Of a DNA stretch of 64,000 nt, positions 61,795-64,000 are shown in pieces. This stretch comes from an uncultured Methanomicrobiales archaeon (GTDB lineage: Archaea > Halobacteriota > Methanomicrobia > Methanomicrobiales > Methanospirillaceae), in the NCBI GenBank assembly GCA_963758915.1, contig CAVWXH010000009.1:160001-224000 (forward strand). The letters run 5' to 3'. The position numbers and the translations under genes were made by a program. Under the pieces are notes generated by a model. The model saw nothing but the letters and a program-made list of their open reading frames with translations, had not been told where the DNA came from and did no database searches. The stretch's first letter is position 1. Each line of letters opens with the position of its first letter.

Positions 61795-63039
61795 ATGTGG
61801 AAGGAAGTCAGGGTAGATACCTGGATCAATAACCGGACATCGAGCCTCGAGGGCGTCCGTGAGAATGTTACCGATATCATCGGACGGGTCCGGAAAGACG
61901 GGGATGCGGCACTCAGGGCGATGTCCCGGCATGTCGTCCTCGAAGAAGTCGCCGTATCTGAAAAAGAGATTGCTGCGGCATACGATACGGTCGACGGGAA
62001 GGTAGTTGAGAGCCTTGTGAAGGCAGAGGAACGGATCCGGAGGTTCCACGAACTCCAGCGTCCACGAAATCTCTGGCTCGACACGATCGAACCGGGGATT
62101 GTCCTTGGCGTAAAAACGACACCCCTGAACAGGGTCGGCATTTATGTGCCCGGGGGGCGTGCGGCTTACCCGTCAACGGCCCTTATGTGTGCAGTCCCGG
62201 CCAGGGTAGCAGGCGTCCGCGAGATCTGCGCCTGCTCGCCGCCACCGATCAAACCGCTCACGCTGGTCGCCCTTGATATTGCAGGGGTTACTGAAATCTA
62301 CAATGCAGGTGGGGCCCAGGCAATTGCAGCAATGGCATTAGGAACGGAAACGGTAAAACCCGTCCAGAAAATTGTCGGACCAGGGAACGTGTACGTTACC
62401 ATGGCAAAAATGATGCTACGGGACCACGTGGAGATTGACTTCCCCGCCGGCCCGAGCGAGATCGCCGTCATTGCCGATCATACGGCTGACCCTGATTTCA
62501 TCGCGGCTGATATCCTCGCCCAGGCAGAACATGACCCGGATGCGGCCTGCATCCTGATTACGACCGATAAGGCGCTTGCGGAGAAAGTTGGCCTGAAAGT
62601 CGCTGCAATGACAGAAAAAGCACCGAGAAAAGAGATCATTGAGAAAGCGCTCGTCAATTCCGGTTACGTTGTGGTCAGTGACATCGATGAAGCGATTCGC
62701 GTGTCGGACCGGATTGCCCCGGAGCACCTCTCGATACAGACTGCCGATTCACTCTCAATTGTCACCCGCGTGGAAAATGCCGGGGCAATATTTGTCGGGA
62801 AATACTCAGTCGTTGCGAGCGGCGATTATGCCATCGGGACAAACCATGTCCTCCCGACTGCGGGCTACGCGAAACTCTATTCCGGTCTTGATGTAAACCA
62901 TTTCTGTAAGACTGCTTCCGTTGAGATGGTGAGCCCCGAAGGGCTCGAGTCAATCGGTGATATTGTTGAAACGATTGCCGGTGCGGAAGGCCTTTTTGCC
63001 CACGCGGAATCCGTCCGGGTCAGGCGCAGGAAACACTGA
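61795..63039 (+). CDS. hisD: Histidinol dehydrogenase
   Basis: YVPGG, GPGNVYV, AGPSE, QAEHD, APEHL, GDY..GTNHVLPT; ATG 61795. Confidence 0.93.
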   Translation: MWKEVRVDTWINNRTSSLEGVRENVTDIIGRVRKDGDAALRAMSRHVVLEEVAVSEKEIAAAYDTVDGKVVESLVKAEERIRRFHELQRPRNLWLDTIEPGIVLGVKTTPLNRVGIYVPGGRAAYPSTALMCAVPARVAGVREICACSPPPIKPLTLVALDIAGVTEIYNAGGAQAIAAMALGTETVKPVQKIVGPGNVYVTMAKMMLRDHVEIDFPAGPSEIAVIADHTADPDFIAADILAQAEHDPDAACILITTDKALAEKVGLKVAAMTEKAPRKEIIEKALVNSGYVVVSDIDEAIRVSDRIAPEHLSIQTADSLSIVTRVENAGAIFVGKYSVVASGDYAIGTNHVLPTAGYAKLYSGLDVNHFCKTASVEMVSPEGLESIGDIVETIAGAEGLFAHAESVRVRRRKH

Positions 63040-63178
63040 TTTTCCTATCCAATACTTTTTTTTCGGTGATTCATCAGTTGGAACCACCACAATACATTTT
63101 TGTTCGCTAAATCGGGAGAGAATTGTATCCGGTTTAGGTAATTCTTTTCATTTTGAGAAATTTCAACAGTCCAGGAAC

Positions 63179-63228
63179 TATCCCAATTGGGGGCTGCCGC
63201 AGCGGCGGGGGCAATGCCCCCAAGAGCG
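63179..63228 (+). repeat. Dispersed structured repeat, copy G (right hairpin module)
   Basis: TATCCCAATTGGGGGCTGCCGCAGCGGCGGGGGCAATGCCCCCAAGAGCG resembles 21307-21353. Confidence 0.75.
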
Positions 63229-63798
63229 TCTTACTTTCCAATTCTAACTACATTTTTTGAATTGGTTATGAGTCAGAAAAAAATTGTGTGCCGTTTGTTG
63301 ACGAATCACCTTTTTTTATAATACACTGCTGACTGTGTATTGTTATTGTTCTGAGGGGTTCAGGCAGAGTTCAGACCCGGTCGGGACTCCGTATTTACGG
63401 TTAAAAACTCCTCTTCATGCCCGTTCCGCAGTTGGACCAATGGACAACCCCCGGATGTGGTACCCCACCAACATTGTGGTTCACGCACTGGAATGCGTTG
63501 GTATCAATGACCCCTTTGAAAAGGGTGTTTAAGGCTGCAACATCAGCGATCCTGGTCGCACGGGTAGGACCGGACGCCTGACATTTGCAGTCCGGACTTT
63601 AATCTGCCATTTATTTTCACTCCTGCCCCTTTTGAGATTTAGAGAGGTTAAGAAGGGGAATTGGAAAACAGGGGGGGGAAATGTAACCCCGGAACAGCGA
63701 ACTAACAGGGAGAAGACCTGATAGCAACCAGGGGAACATATACCACTCCCCCTTCCAATCAAAAATTAGTGAAGAAGAATGATCCGGAAGAGTTCTCC

Positions 63799-64000
63799 TC
63801 ATTTCTTCATCGTTACAAGATAACTGTTATCAGCGGATTGTTCCCATGTCACATCATATCCCTGGCTGATAAATTGTGAACAGGTATTGTCGACCTGCTC
63901 CCGGGTGGCAAAAAATTTTAGTTCTCCTCCGTTTGCAAGTTTTTTCAACAGTATTTTGAGTTTAATCATCAGGTTTGTACAGGTAAGATCGGTAAAATCG
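63799..64000 (-). CDS. TusA/SirA-like domain protein (5' end outside window; missing from the ORF track)
   Basis: Manual translation DFTDLTCTNLMIKLKILLKKLANGGELKFFATREQ...GYDV...YLVTMKK* fits the TusA pattern. Confidence 0.6.
   Translation of the reverse strand, partial: DFTDLTCTNLMIKLKILLKKLANGGELKFFATREQVDNTCSQFISQGYDVTWEQSADNSYLVTMKK

Noticed and set aside
63400-63610. Cys-containing minus-strand reading (SPDCKCQASG...) as a gene remnant
   Set aside because: No in-frame start and no recognisable family.

Overview
Archaeal chromosomal DNA that looks like a Methanomicrobiales methanogen (histone, RadA, RPA, Fen1, presenilin homolog, DUF1890/DUF1894, MTH865). This lineage call is inferred from gene content only. 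The window is mostly housekeeping: anaerobic cobalamin genes, MutS/MutL/MutY-like repair, 2-oxoacid:ferredoxin oxidoreductase, dapL-lysA-rpa-radA, hisC/argD/guaA/pyrG and two head-to-head hisD copies. Two non-coding systems stand out. (1) An accessory block at about 26.3-33.5 kb is cut into 1.1-3.0 kb units by direct repeats of the dapL promoter and first codons fused to a bulged hairpin. This fits a tandem array of integrase-less cassettes inserted at the dapL 5' end. (2) A dispersed, modular, hairpin-rich element of about 340-360 bp occurs at 8 intergenic loci (full or partial), mostly between convergent genes. Also present: a GT2-TPR-BrxD/DUF2791 ATPase operon, a sensor kinase lacking the canonical H-box His, and two disrupted genes. 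I saw no tRNA, rRNA, CRISPR array, integrase or transposase. All alignments and folds were done by eye.
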